Program-made: the position numbers and the translations under genes | NCBI GenBank assembly: GCA_964016885.1 | Contig: OZ024743.1 | Coordinates: 22,134,001 to 22,198,000, forward strand | DNA length: 64,000 bases | Direction of reading: 5' to 3' | Source of the DNA: Eledone cirrhosa | Lineage: Eukaryota | In this document: positions 1 through 15,000 of the stretch, piece after piece | Layout of the letters: each line of letters opens with the position of its first letter | Position numbering within the stretch: the stretch's first letter is position 1 | The notes under the pieces: generated by a model | What the model was told of the DNA's origin: nothing | The model's input: the letters and a program-made list of their open reading frames with translations, nothing else | The model's database searches: none

Positions 1-1494
1 ACTGAAGTCAATTCTTTTGTAATAGTCAAGTCTTATTAAGTATGAAACAGGCTGTACTAACATTATCTTGAAACAATTATCTTTGGAAGAATATATTTCA
101 CACATACGTTTATAATAGGAAAGAATGGTTTGTGCTCCCTGACTACTAAAATTTATTGTGAACATACCCTGTTCAATAAGATTTTCTAACTTGACATATG
201 AGCTAGTTAGCTGCATATCTCCACCCATCCCCACACGATATGCTCGATTTTCTTCTAATACCTGTGTCACTCTCATCTATATCCATCACAAACAAACATT
301 TTACCACAATCCATTCCTAAACAGGGCAGTGAATTATCTAAACTTCAATCCTTACCAGCAGTTTTCCTTCAACTATTAACCTACAGTGTACGAATAAATG
401 AACGAATATTTACACTACACAGAGGATTGATCTACTAGAAGCAGCAATCAAAATCTCAATCAAATCCCATTCAACAGTCTTTACAAAAAAAGACATATTA
501 GAAAACGTAGTCCTTGATATGAACTGAAAACGTAGTCCCTGATATGAAACGTAGTCCCAAAGTGAACTGGTTAGCTAGAATTCCTTAGATCGTAGGTGAG
601 CTCAGTCATGACTGAGCTGAAGTTAAAAATCCACAAGCTGAACGTCAAATGCGTTGTCCGCACTAGACTGGAGTGCCTATAAAGATCATGGGTACGGTTA
701 TTTCTACAATCACACTTCCACATAAAACCAAAACCAAAATCAAAATAAGTTGTCATTTAATCTAATTATTCATTTCGTCTTAGTTGATAATTCACTATTC
801 TTATATGATAATTATATTACTTAATGTTACTAAAATTGACAGAATTGATAGAATGTCAGAATAAAAGCCATTACAATGTTTATCCCGCATAGGTCATCAT
901 TGACTTACTTCTTTCTGGGGTCTATAAAATGAAATACTAGTCAAGTACTGTGGCTGATTTAATCAATTTTGCCCTACTCCTAATTTTGGTGAGCTACTTT
1001 CCGAAAAAAATATTACTACCTAATCTTTACTTTTTGATAGTGATTCAATGTTTGCAGGGAGAAATTATCTCACCTAGAAAGTGAGCCACTACGCAGTAGT
1101 TTGCTTTGCTAGAAATAGTGCATAATCTTTTCCCAAAATAATATCTTACAACCCTAAGAAAAAAAGAAATAAAAACGTCAAGCTGGCATTAGTTAAATCA
1201 GAGAGCCAGAAAGAATAACACAAAGCATTCTATATGACGTTCTAAAGACTCTGCCAGTTTGTATTTCACTATGTGTCTGTTCGAATAGTATTGACAATTT
1301 GATAATCCATAACATGTCGTGCATTATGTATTGCTTTATTTTTACTCAGCAGTACCTCTTAATGATATTTATTGAACAAATTACTTTATCGACATATGAA
1401 GCAACATAAGGGAAATAACTGCAATAGGAAACACTAAGAAATGATGTTTTTTGTAGTTATTTCCCCTAGAACAAAGACTGTTGAAAATAGAATC

Positions 1495-1898
1495 GTTCAC
1501 ACACACACACACACACAGATACTGACAGATACATTACAGAGTAGCTTGTGTGCTTACGTTCACACGCAGAAATAGTCACACAAATATACACATACATGCA
1601 CACAGAGAGGCACACACACACACGCGCGTGTATAGACGCACGCACACACATATACAGACACACACACATATACACGCACCCGTATATATACATGCACACA
1701 CACACACGTACGCATCCATACATATACATACACATACACTCACAGATGTATATATACACATACATACATTTAACTACACACATCTGCACATACATATGCA
1801 TACATACACACATACACATACATATATATATACACACCCATCCACACACACGTATACACACATACGTCTACACACACACACACACATATATATATATA
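1495..1898. repeat. Compound (CA)n/(TA)n/(CATA)n microsatellite
   Basis: Direct reading; overlapping ORFs are HT/YI/CV dipeptide artefacts. Confidence 0.95.
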
Positions 1899-2088
1899 AT
1901 GATAAAATTTGCTCCGGACGAAACACCCGTGTCTGAAAGAACCCGCAGTAGTAGAATCAGCCAGATCCATACAAGGACCATGACTCGAGCTACATGCCGG
2001 CGAAACATTTGTAACACGAAATAAACTAAGTCCAGATGCATCACTGATTTTTCGTTTTCTTTATAATATATATATATATATATATATA

Positions 2089-2197
2089 TTAGAAATGTTA
2101 GCTATCGCCGTATTTTGAGGGTTCTTAACCCACTATCAGGCTAAATAATTTCTTTAATTTCTTTAGTCAAAATACGGCGATAGCTAACATTTCTAAT
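2089..2197 (-). mobile_element. Fold-back mini-element in (TA)n with a degenerate minimal hammerhead motif
   Basis: 30-bp inverted arms ttagaaatgttagctatcgccgtattttga (2089-2118) / 2168-2197. Minus strand 2144-2098 reads TTAGC-CTGATAG-TGGGTTaagAACCCTC-AAAA-tacggcga-TA-GCTAA (stem I and II intact, core mutated). Confidence 0.6.
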
Positions 2198-2236
2198 AAT
2201 TTCAAATCAACTCGCTGTTTCGAAAATATTCTTACT

Positions 2237-2303
<67 letters not shown>

Positions 2304-2341
2304 AGAAAACGAAAAATCAGTGATGTATCTGGACTTATATG

Positions 2342-2401
<60 letters not shown>

Positions 2402-2409
2402 CATACACA

Positions 2410-2950
2410 CGTGCACCTTCTCTGGTGTCTGAACGTCATGATAATCTCCGATTTCAGGTTGACCGCATCATCCTTCAATCTGACTATCTCCATGGCCTCG
2501 GATAGGCATAGCCTACACTTCCTGTTTCCAGCCGAATATGCATTTGCATGTTGAACGATACTCCAGTTGAGATCATACGGAGTGCCGTTGTCTTTCAAGT
2601 CCCATATTAGGTCCGCCAGCCTAGTGGAGTGTCTCTTGCTCCGGTCCTTGAAAGAGTTTGTGTGATTATACATCCACGATTTAAAGGTCGTGGATGTTGC
2701 GCCGATGTAGGTGCGCTTGGTGTTGTGCGTGTTAACCACACATTTATATACTAGGCCCTTCGTTAGGCATCTACCCTACAGGAGGCATGGTTTTCCCGCT
2801 CTGCAGTTGCATGTTCGGTCGTTATGTTGCTCATTTCCAACGCTGGGCCCTTGGTCTACCACGGCACATCCCCGATTCTCTGGGTGCTGTTCTGTCGGTG
2901 CGGTGGGCCCCCCTCCGCCACTCAGTTCCACCCTTTCCACTCTATAATAC
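2410..2950 (-). pseudogene. Penelope-like element GIY-YIG endonuclease C-terminal fragment
   Basis: [43 protein letters not shown]; same type as the 7530-7920 endonuclease. Confidence 0.85.
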
Positions 2951-3084
2951 TCTGCTCCGTAGGAGCATAGAGTGCTCAACCGGCATACCGCCTTTGGACG
3001 CATCTTAGCTACCTTTAGACATATATATATATATATATAAATATATAAATACACATACACACTTGTATTCATCTTCTAGTTCTG

Positions 3085-3205
3085 ACTCCCCCTTCTGATG
3101 AAAGACTAGTGTCCAAAACTTTAAGACTCTCTATTTCAAGCGTTAAACTAATATATTTCTTCCATGTACTGTGTAATTTGTATTTTTGTTTCTGTTTACA
3201 TTTTA
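3085..3205 (+). mobile_element. PLE-type 3' terminal remnant (related pieces at ~10035-10115, 37790-37865, and minus-strand 5947-6015, 11217-11292)
   Basis: Degenerate CTGATGA-aGAC tagt GTCc-AAAAC motif followed by caagcgtKaaactaata, a sequence shared with the other copies. Confidence 0.5.
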
Positions 3206-3244
3206 CACACACACGCACACATATATATATATATATATGTTATA

Positions 3245-3369
<125 letters not shown>

Positions 3370-3929
3370 TTGCGCGCGTGTGTGTGTTTTAACTCCGTTA
3401 ATAATTATCTATTGACAAGTAATTACAAACTATAAATTAACAACTGTGAAACATGCAGATATGTATACCTTATTAAAATATTGGTTTCTGGTTTAGGCAC
3501 CAGGCCAATGTCCTATTTAAATATTAAATACATTTCTAATAACTTCTCACTCAAAATATCCTTCAGCATGTAAATGTTTATTTATAATATATTTTGTTGT
3601 ATCTATTGCTTCAGGTTCTCTTTCTCTTTATTTCTTCCTCTATATACACATGACGTAGTTTTTGTAAACAAACCGTTTTGGTTATGTAAAATTAACGTCT
3701 TTTCGTTAAACAGTTTAAAATATTATTTTTTTTTTTAATATACTAACGTTTCTCTGATTCTCGTATGTTTTTTTTTTTTTTTTTTTTTTTCTTTCAAGGT
3801 CTGCAACAATTTATGAATGTTTTTAATGTCCCTGACAACACACCGTGCAACCCTACTAGCTTGTTCATCCTGTTGATGTACAGCAAACGACCACAATCCT
3901 TCTCCACTTTGATCGGTATTAAGTAAGAT

Positions 3930-5040
3930 GTGGAGCCTGGTACCAGTTGATCTTTATTCTTGGCAGGTTTTCTTTCACAGTTCCTCGCCAAGTAGTTATT
4001 GATTTGTCACTAGGTCTCTTGCTCCCACTGATATCCAGTTCATGGTAATCCTAGCAGGATGACAAGGAGGCACGAGATATGACCAGTAAACTGGGTATGA
4101 CTTTCAGAAACTACTTTGTTCAATTTTCTTACCTTCATACGCCTCAACACCTCATCATTTCAGGATTATACGAAGATATCTCATATGAAAAGTGTCGAAC
4201 AAACAACATCTTTTGAGGTCGATTTCCAAGTCTCACATTCATATAAAACATTAGAGACAATTGAATTATACAGCCTGAGATTTATTTGTTGGCTTATCTT
4301 ATTTGAGATCCAAATTTTCTGGAGTCGTTTGAAGATTGAACTAACTTTTGCTAACCTGGTTTTGACATCCTTTTCAATGTAATCAGCGAGGGATTGTACA
4401 CTTCCCAACTTCCACTGACACCCTTCCAAACAAATATTAGAATCATCATCCAGATCTCCAACCTTCTGAAGTTTTGTTTTCTCAACACTAATCCTCAGAC
4501 CAACCTTTTTATTGTTATCCTTCAGTTTATCAATTAAATTTGTTTACATTTGGTATCCAGTAGGACTAGGTCGTTTACAAAACCAGGCCTGTCCGCATCT
4601 TCCCTTACCAGGAATCCCCATATTGTAGTTGGTTCATTTACCTCCCAACAATGTATTCCTTTACAATGAGGAAAGAACCAATAGTACCAGATCCTGTCTT
4701 GACACAGCATCGTGAATTTGTCTATAATTCTGGGAAAATTTGTATGTACTGTAGTGAGATACCGCATATCCTCAGTATCTTCTACAAACCGGATCGGTAT
4801 ATACCTCCAGAGGCCTTCTTGAAGTCCACGGAATTGATCATTAGTGAGCTACAGTACCCTAATGATTGTTCAATAATGTTTCCAGGTTTCGCTAGATATC
4901 CACTGCCCTTTACGAGTTCCTCTCTGGCGACCTACAACCGCTTCTGCAGCAGCACGTAGAGCCTATTTGAAAGCTGACCAGCATTTTCTATGTCCCAGCA
5001 GCCTCTGGTACAGCAAACCTGTTCAGTACCTCCACCTGAA
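3930..5040 (-). mobile_element. Degraded RTE-clade LINE reverse transcriptase fragment
   Basis: KDVKTRLAKVSSIFKRLQKIWISNKISQQINLRLYNSIVSNVLYECETWK (RTE thumb region) and FVNDLVLL (degenerate FADD); many frameshifts. Confidence 0.75.
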
Positions 5041-5248
5041 CAAAAAAAAATGTAAATTATGTGCTTAGGTGATTTATTCGTTTTTATGCTCAGATCTTAG
5101 TCTATAGATTTACTGCTGTATACGATGAGGTAGCTTAATGAAATTTTTCCATTTATCATATTTTCGCCGTTTCGTTTGTTGAAACAAGTGTAAGACTAAC
5201 AAAACTATCTTAAATACATCGATAATTCCTGTATCACACACACACACG

Positions 5249-5340
<92 letters not shown>

Positions 5341-5383
5341 GTGAAAGATTGAAGAATAGCATTGTACAAAAAGGTTTTATTTC

Positions 5384-5498
5384 TAGTATAAACAATTGTT
5401 TCATTGATCAGATGAGTCTAAAGGCCGCTAATCACTCGAAGTTGCGTCACTCGAACTTAAATACGGTGTTTACCTCTGATCAAATCATCGGAATACTG
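5384..5498 (-). ncRNA. Minimal type I hammerhead ribozyme motif with a long stem II
   Basis: Minus strand: AGTAT-t-CCGATGA-tTTGATCAGA...TCTGATCAAt-GAAA-CAATTG-TT-t-ATACT; palindromic stem III. Confidence 0.55.
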
Positions 5499-5913
5499 GA
5501 AGTTTTACATATGGCATTGGTATTTATAGATACAGCGTAGAATCAAAACAATAACATCAATGATAAAAGATAATAATAAAGAAGTAAAGAAGTTAGAGTG
5601 AAGATGTAAAAAATAAGTAAAAAAATAATAAGTACAGAATACGATTGCTGATAATAGTGGTGGTGGTTATTAAAGTTACAGTGGTGAGTAAGTGTATGTG
5701 TAAAAACGTGGTGAGGGTATATTTTTGTACAACCGACCATGTTATTCTTCAATCTTTCACTATTATTACTCCAAGAATAACCTGCATAGGAATTCTCGCG
5801 AACTCGCTACCTAACGATGGAAACATCTTATTGAGTCAAACAACGCCGTACTATCCACAATACGGAGTACTCGCAACCTCTAACTGGATTACCTATAACG
5901 ATAACTTGTTAAC

Positions 5914-5949
<36 letters not shown>

Positions 5950-6033
5950 AAAAATTGAACGGGAACAAAACAGAGAGGCAGTACGAACAAAGGTTTATTA
6001 GTTTCACGCTCTTGAGAGTGGGGTGGTTATATA

Positions 6034-6068
<35 letters not shown>

Positions 6069-6070
<2 letters not shown>

Positions 6071-9000
6071 ATAAATCAATAAATCAATAAATTATACAAT
6101 TATCAAAGTTGTGTTCAAATCATTTAATAGCTGACAATCGTTTCTTCCAAACTCTCGTTTGGAATCATCGGAGCATTATCAATGTTTGCACATATAATTC
6201 ACCTCCTATTCAACTGAACAATAATATAGATACATATAAATTGATGTTGTGAGCAACAGTTTCGTATTTACAGGGTGGGATGGATGCATATATTTTACGA
6301 GAATTGTACCATAATTGTACAAGCATTTAAGTTCAAATTAAAATTAAAATCAAAATTAAATCAAAATCAAAATCAAAATCAAAAGCACGGGGTGGAATAC
6401 ATGCAACAGTTAAAACAAGGGAACGGTCCAAATATTAAAGAGGCATTGAGGAAGCAGTTTTGAGAAAGGAAGAGTGCGATAACAATTCATATGCAGGCGT
6501 GTGGATATTGTAACTGCGTAGGTCATATACATGAGAAGGAGACAAGCAAAGCTATTATGCATATATAGAAGAATAAATACTGCAGTTACAGCAATTGTGT
6601 TAATGTATTAGAGTCTATGGTGGGTGTTGGATGTTTATGGTGTTCGAATTAATGTGTGTTGAGAAACATACAGTTTTTGCAGACTTTTCCATGACATATG
6701 TTGAAATAAACTTTAGTTGGTGTTTATAATGAGTGTTTTAAGTTAGTTAGAGCAATGGATTGTAAATTAGTCTTAATGAATTCATATTCATAGACTATAT
6801 TTGATCAATCGTTAAATTTTCAATCGCTAATTTCCGGAAGTGAATAAGGGGAGCTAATGCGTAAGGGGAGGTAACTAGCTAATTAAGTTCAATTCAGTTA
6901 TTAAAATTCTTTGTTCTAATACACAATATAATGTTATACCATTGGATCTCTGTTACTTAACCCTGTATATTAATGCCTGATCTTACAATATAGTGTATTC
7001 TACTACCATACATTAAAGGTTTCTTAAGATTGTTATCTATTCGTTCCTGGACAAGATATATATGTCATGAAGGATCATACAGCTGTTAATATGTCATAAT
7101 AGATCTGCTACATGTGCAATAACATCATCCCTAACGTAGAATGCTATCACATTTTATATTTAATTATAAGTGCATATATTATGTTGTGCAATTTACTCAT
7201 TTACTTATACAACCATAAATGCACATATAGTCCATCATCACGCATTTCATTAAATGTCTCTACATACCAAGTGCCAAACACTGCATATGATATAATTAAT
7301 CTATTGCAGTTATATCACAAGGAGGTAACTCTGTCTAATTCTAACTGTTATTGCAGAGCATAAGGTTATAGATGAATAGGAGTTGTGTAGCGGAAAGAGT
7401 TGGTCGAGGGGTTTGTGGTTGTGGGTGCTGCTAACTCCTAGATGTGTAGTGTTAATGGTGGTGGGGGATTCAAATCTGACATTGTTGTATACTAACAGCT
7501 AGGTTTAAAGTTATGGAACGAGTGTCGGTACCGGTGTTGGCATAAGGAAAATGTCTCTGACTTTCTATTAAGGAGGTCTAGTTTCGAAAAGATTATAGTA
7601 TGGGTCTCCAGAAGGCAGAGATTACACAATTTATTCGGTGGTTTATACGATGAGGCCCTACCTACTACTTCCCATTGCAGTGTAAATGGTCTATTTCTAG
7701 TTTTCTGTAGGTAGATAAAGAAGTGGAGCTGGCTAGATTGTGTTTTTTGAAAGAGTGGAGGTGCGAGTTGTATCTCATCTTGAAGTTGTTCGAAGTAGAA
7801 CCTATATATGTTTTAGATGAGTTGTTTGCGTTGACGGTGCATGAGTAGATGATGTCTTTGGTTAAGCAATTATTACCTAAGGGGCAAGTTCTATTAGCTC
7901 TACAGTTACATTTATCCTGGGTGTTAGCTTGCCGGTTCCTATGTTGTGAAGAATTCTGGTTGCTAGGGGTAGCATTAGGGTAATGATGCCTATCATTCGT
8001 ATTGTTATTGATTTCATTAGTGCTATTATCATTATCACCATTATTACTACCATTGTTTACAGGTGCTAAGTTTACCCCCTGTTGTGTTTTAATTAGTTGG
8101 AAATAGCTATTAATCTTCCTTTTATTACTACTAGCTATATGGTATGCTATGTTAGGTGTGGTGGAGTACGATATTTTAATTGTATTTTTATTGATAAGGC
8201 TATGGTACTTGTGGCCGGTTGGGAAGTTTTTTTCTAAGATTGAGAAGAAAGCCTTAGGCAAGTTGGTAGAGACGTTAAGATTGAAAGGGGGATTGAAGAA
8301 TGTATTAGTTCTCCTTCTATTTTTGTTTATAGTATATTTTTTTTAGGTATTTATATTCATGTTTGTATTATTATTGTGGTGTTTACTTTGGTGCGAGTTA
8401 AGTTTGGTATCAGTCTTCTTCTTAGAGTTATAGTGGCTATTGTTTTTACTATCTTTCCTCATGGCTATATTATGAGAAATAATGTTATAACTATGTGATT
8501 TTATAGGTAGGAATTCAATCTCATTCTTATGTCCTGATTTAGCTAAGGCCTCATTATAGTATTGTGAATTATTGTTGAATATAGTTACATTATATGATAG
8601 ATTAGAGATTCTATTAGATATTCCTTTGGTAATGGAGTTTAATATGGATTTAGGGTGGTTAGAGTTGGTGTTCACATAAATTAGTTTTTCGTTAGGTTTA
8701 TGATAGGGTGTGTATACTTTAGAGTCTAGGCTAAGGGTAGCGTCAAGGAAGTTGACGTTTTTAGTGTTTTTATCTAAGGTGATACTTAAGTTGTAGTTTT
8801 TGAAAATTTTGTGTAAATGTTTCCTAGTTTTTTCTATATTAAATTTTTTATAGTCTATAAGAAGAAACCACCGTTGAGGTAGGGTAGGTTCTTGTGGATT
8901 TCATTAAGTAGGTATAGGCCCACCAAATCGGTGACCTGCGCCGAGTCACTAGATCCCATGGTTATGTCAAAGTTGTTATGCGTATGCTTGCGGGTCCATA

Positions 9001-9232
9001 ATTGATCTTCAAAAGAAATGATAGTTTTTCGGGCCGCAAGTATGACATCAATTTGGGATCTAGTCAGGTCACTATTGTTGATGGCCATAATTAGAGCCTT
9101 ATTTAATAGGATAGGGGAAATAGAGGTGTAGTATGAATTGATATAAAATTGTATAAATTTTTTAATACACTTCAACCATTCAATAACCTCACCCGTATTT
9201 CCCCATTGGTTAAGGTAAATTTTGTGCTTAAG
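6069..9232 (-). mobile_element. 5'-truncated Penelope-like element (PLE-1): RT, GIY-YIG, long 3' UTR ending in (TA)n
   Basis: RT pieces IQFYINSYYTSIS..FDITMGSSDSAQVTDLVGLYLL, YVNTNSNHPKSIL; EN CNCRANRTCPLGNNCLTKDIIY..KTYIGST; frameshifted; hammerhead near the 3' end. Confidence 0.9.
6130..6174 (-). ncRNA. Minimal hammerhead ribozyme motif of PLE-1
   Basis: GCT-CCGATGA-TTCCAAAC gaga GTTTGGAA-GAAA-CGATTG-TC-AGC: all three stems present, GUC cleavage triplet. Confidence 0.8.
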
Positions 9233-9379
9233 GTAAATTTATTGATTTAACTGCTCTGTAAAACAACTGATGTTCATACATTGAGCTATTTCCCTTACTG
9301 GTAATAAGGTTATTAAGAAATTACTGACCTTCCTGTTTGTGGTTGTTTATACTATATACATAACTACAAATAGTATTAT

Positions 9380-9800
<421 letters not shown>

Positions 9801-10118
9801 ATATATATATAAGATTCAAAGCTTTTAGCTTTTGTTTACAAACAGCGGAGATATTGAAATTAGATACTGAAATAGTGCCTCCGTTGTATTTTTTGACTAA
9901 ATAAATTAGCCTAATAACCTAATAAATGGAGTTATAAAAACCCACTGAATGGAAACATGAATGAGCATTGACGTACATGGGATTACCTTTCTATTTCTTC
10001 TTTAATCTCTCATTCTATATTCTAACAAAGCAGTAGCATTCCTACTATATCAAGCGTGAAACTAATATATTTCTTCATTGCACTCTGTCGTTTGCTTTGT
10101 TATTTCTGTTTGCCTTAG

Positions 10119-10199
<81 letters not shown>

Positions 10200-10317
10200 T
10201 TGAAAAAAAAATGAAAACGAAATTTCATTTCTCGCTCTTAGTATGGCACTTACTTAAATGTAAGTATGTATGTATACGTACATACATATATGTATACAGA
10301 CGTACAGTAGATTGCAT

Positions 10318-10421
<104 letters not shown>

Positions 10422-10571
10422 CAGGTACACATATATATATATGCACGCATCAGTTTAGCGGACGCTTATTATAACGCCGCTTTGTTCGTTTGTCAACAAA
10501 CTGAACAGCCTGAATTTATGCCATACGGTGTTAAGGCAACCACGTCACCTTTTTGTTCAACACTGACACAG

Positions 10572-10618
10572 AAACGATGTACTAGTTTCAAGCTTGTTAG
10601 CTATCATCAGCACCGTTT
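10572..10618 (-). ncRNA. Minimal hammerhead ribozyme motif
   Basis: AAACGGTG-CTGATGA-tAGC taacaa GCTt-GAAA-CTAG-TA-CATCGTTT; 8-bp stem I, palindromic ACTAGT stem III. Confidence 0.8.
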
Positions 10619-10913
10619 ACCCATCTGCCAGATAGTTTAACGTTCGAAAGTATATACTTTCCTTATGAAAATTAACGGCTGAGCAGCCTAATTTGCATAT
10701 TGAGTGAGTTAAATCGGTCAGGCATAGCGAAAACGATAAGTTGAAAAAAAACTGAAAACGAAATTTCATTTCTCACTCTTAGTATGGCACTTACTTAAAT
10801 GTAAGTATGTATGTATACGTACATACATATATGTATACAGACGTACAGTAGCATGCATATATATATATATATATACATACATTTCGAACGTTCAACTATC
10901 TGGCAGATGGGTA

Positions 10914-10958
10914 AACGGTGCTGATGATAGCTAACAAGCTTGAAACTAGTACATCGTT
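10914..10958 (+). ncRNA. Minimal hammerhead ribozyme motif (inverted copy)
   Basis: AACGGTG-CTGATGA-TAGCTAACAAGCTT-GAAA-CTAG-TA-CATCGTT. Confidence 0.8.
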
Positions 10959-11104
10959 CCTGTGTCAGTGTTGAACAAAAAGGTGACGTGGTTGCCTTAA
11001 CACCGTATGGCATAAATTCAGGCTGTTCAGTTTGTTGACAAACGAACAAAGCGGCGTTATAATAAGCGTCCGCTAAACTGATGCGTGCATATATATATGT
11101 GTAC

Positions 11105-11149
<45 letters not shown>

Positions 11150-11290
11150 TGCTACTGTACGTCTGTATACATATATGTATGTACGTATACATACATACTT
11201 ATATATATATATATATAGTGAAAATTTGAACGGGAACAAAAACAGAACAGCGAGTCAGACAAATAAAGTTTTATTAGGTTCACGCTCTTG

Positions 11291-11324
<34 letters not shown>

Positions 11325-11506
11325 GTACGTTATTCCGGGTTGAATCGGAGGTAACCACAGTAAGTAAGGTACTCAATACATTGCAGAGTATAAAAGTTTT
11401 AATACAGATGAGATTCTACAGGACTAGAACTGTTTCATTCTTTAGAAATCATCAGGAATCTGATGATTTCTAAAGAATGAAACAGTTCTAGTCCTGTAGA
11501 ATCTCA

Positions 11507-11509
<3 letters not shown>
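11325..11509. mobile_element. Fold-back mini-element with a perfect 50-bp palindrome, each arm carrying a hammerhead core (related deleted copy at 23418-23515)
   Basis: Arms 11406-11455 and 11460-11509 are exact reverse complements with a 4-nt spacer; each arm reads CTGATGA-tttctaaagaat-GAAA-cagttctag-TC. Confidence 0.8.
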
Positions 11510-11593
<84 letters not shown>

Positions 11594-12064
11594 ATACTTG
11601 GGAGGGTCATATTTGCGTAATAATATTGCCAGAATTAATAACAGAACACACTCACTGTTTGGTTGGTTTTCGCTTCTGTATCTTTTATATCGGTTAATTT
11701 AATTTATTCGGTCCTCAATATTTACCATTGACTGACCAACGGTCAAAAATACAGATACAATATAGACACAAACAGATATATATAGTCTAACAAAGTTCTT
11801 TCGTTGCACATCTGCAACATAGTCAGTGGTGCTATTATGTTTCCTCCTGTTGTATTGTATGCCTACGCCATCTTTATTTAGTCTGTTTATTTATATATTT
11901 ATTTATTTTTGTCTTCTTCTCTGCGCATGCGTTTGCGTGTGTGTATAGTGTTTGGGTGAGTGTGTATTGATTATTGTATTCTATCTTAGTTTACTAGTGT
12001 GTGTTTATATGTGTTTGTTGTTATTGTGCTTGTGTACGTATTTATTTATTATTTATTTATTTAT

Positions 12065-15000
12065 TTATACTTCTCTTAGGTCAGTATTGTTTGTTTGGGT
12101 GTTGTTGTTATTCCATTCATTTTTTCTGTTTAGCCCTGGCCTTCTAAGTTCTATTTCGCTGGCCTCTCTGATTTGCCTATCTGCTGGGTCATTTCTATGT
12201 TTAGATATTATTTTAATTTCTATGTTGTCTATGTTACCGTCGTGTTGTTGTCTGGCATGTTCGTATAGTATTGAACCGTTTTTTCGTCCTTTTAGTTCCC
12301 CCCCAGTGTTGGTCTATCCTTTCACCTATGCTACGAGCTGTCTCGCCAATGTATGTTGTTGTCATGTTTCTGCAAGTACCCTCTGTACATCTTATGCTAT
12401 AGACTACGTTTCTAGTCTTACAGTTTATCCGGGGGTTTACTTTACATATAATACATTTCCTATTATTACAGTGGGTTTTCTTAAAAGGGTAGGTTTTGCT
12501 GATTAGGGATTTTATGGTGGTTCCTGGCGTTTCTGCCACCTTAATCTTTAAGTGGGTCTTTCTCAGGGCCTTTCTACACTGGTTAGCTAATTTCCCTCCA
12601 GGGGTAGCGTCTACAAACATGACACTCTGGTATCTCTGGTTGTCGTACCATGAAGTGGCTTTCCCTATCTTATGTCTAGTCCTATCTAAGCTATTCCATG
12701 ATTTGCTCCTGTATAATGGGCAAATTCCTTTCATGTCCAGTTCTATGAGGGTCTTATACTTCTCCGTGGCTCCTTCGTATACTCTGATTCTGTCTCTTTG
12801 GTTGTAGTCAGAGAACTGCATGCGGTTGATGAAGTGTTGGATGTGTCTTTCCATTTCTGTTGGGTCGCACATGCGGGATACGTTCTTCATCACTCGTACC
12901 AAGTCTGCGATCAGAATATTAAACTTAGCTCTACTGGACATTTCTGAGTTTTTTAGTATCATGTATTTGGAGGCCATGGGTTTAGCGTAGTGTGAGTGGA
13001 GAATTTGGGCTCTCTCGTCTATAGTGTTAATCCAGAGTTCCGTGTCTAATGCAGGTAGTCTATTGTTAGGGTGTTTGGAAGGGTAGTCGATAGTTACAGT
13101 TATACTCTGGTGTATGGAATTAGCTATCTGCTGGATGCTTTCCATTGGGTTACGTTCTAAATCAATCTTGTTAGTACTCTCTTGTGGGGATGTCCTTATT
13201 ACTATATTGATGTCGTCTACCTAACGAGAGTACATGATGAGGTCTATGGAGCTCTCATCAAGGAGATCTTTGAGTCTCCTTTCCCACCATACCATAAAAA
13301 GGTTGGCAACGTCACCAGCTATGCTGACGCCAATGGCTGCTCCCTCAATTTGGGTGTAGATCTTCTCGTTGAATTTGAATATGTGGCCCTTTAGGGTAGT
13401 TTTGATACTAGCCCCTATTGCATGTGCGACCATTTTTCTTACCTGATCATTGTTTTGGGGGGTCCGTATAGCTTTGGTCCACCCAATCCACCTTCCCATG
13501 AGAGTCTTTTTTGCCATTGAGGTTATGGTGGGGGGGGGGTCTACCTCTTATGGGTCTATTGGGGCAGAAACGTCTAAGGTCATGGCTGTCTAGGTAGTCA
13601 GTGTCATAGGTAAGTCTAAATAGGAGGCCCAGTTCGTCTGTGTCGACGTCGCAGAACTCCACCCCACTCTCAATGATCATCTCCACACATTTTTCCACAG
13701 CAAAATCAATGTTAATGGATGGGTACAGTGATACCACATCCATACCGCCTATTATGCAGTTGGATAGGTTTTTGTTTTTGTTGCACTCACTGATTCTGCT
13801 GAGGAGGTCCTCTGTACTGTCACATACATATGGGAACATCTTTGATTATGGGGCGTATAACCATTGAGAGGAAGTAGGAGATCCTGTAGTTGCTAGCTAT
13901 ATTGGCTCCGCATACTGGTCTTGTTGGTGGTCCTGTTGTCGGATCGTCGACTGTCTTATGGTCTTTGCGGAGCCCAAACAAGGGTGGTATGCCATTGTTA
14001 GACGACTGGAAGGTGTTGGAAGTGCGTCTACTTGGCTTTAGGGTGTCGGTCCACATCATCATGTGAGCGTTGAGGATTTTCTCTCTCCCCTAATGTATTT
14101 GCTGTGAAATTTCGCTCGCGTTAGTGATGTGGGGGTTGCATAGCCTTGATGTAGTTCGGCATGCTGTCTATTGATATCCTACCAGACTTATCCGTGGGTA
14201 GACATACTAACTCAACATCCCTTGTGCGCTGCTTGAGGCTAACCAAGCCTTCTACAGGTTTCCTCCCAAGTTGTTGGACCTCTGCTCTGCTTTGTCTCTT
14301 AGTATACCGGTCTACTATTTGTCTAATCTTATTTCTAGCTATGGTGAACTGTGCCTCTGTCTCGTCATCTATTTGTTGTGGTATGCAAACTCTTTTATTA
14401 AAGGGTAACCTCGTAGGATAGATATTACCCATCTTATATGTTTTGTCAGCTGGACTGAAGAATAGTTTCTCTAAGGGGTTGTCATTATATCTATCGTCAT
14501 AGTTGTGTGTGTTGCTATTATTGATTGTTATTATGGTGGTTGTTGTTGTTCCTACCATTAACATTATTATTATTGTTATGATTGCTAGATGTATTGTTGC
14601 TGTGATTGTTAGATGTATTGTTGTTGTTTTCTCCACCGTTATTGTTGTTGTTACTGTTATTTCTACCATTGTGGTTGTTACTTTTATTATGTTTCTTGTT
14701 TTTGTTGTGTCTATCATTAATGTTGCTACATGTATTATTTCTATTATTACCACTGTGGTTGTTGTTGTTGTTACTCGTATTATTACCATTATTACTACTG
14801 TAGTCGCTGCTGCTGTGTCTGTCGTTAATGTTTCTATTATTATTATTGTTGTTGTTCTGTCTATCGTTAATATTATTACCATTATTATTATTACTATTTC
14901 TCACTCTCCTGCTATTGTTATTGTTATGACTTTTACTATTATAGCTGTTATTTCTATACTCACAGTTATTGTTTATATTACTACTATCGTTATTATTGTT

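Noticed and set aside
1905-1950. Additional hammerhead candidate (CGGACGA-acac..gtgtct-GAAA)
   Set aside because: Core mutated and no convincing stem I or III
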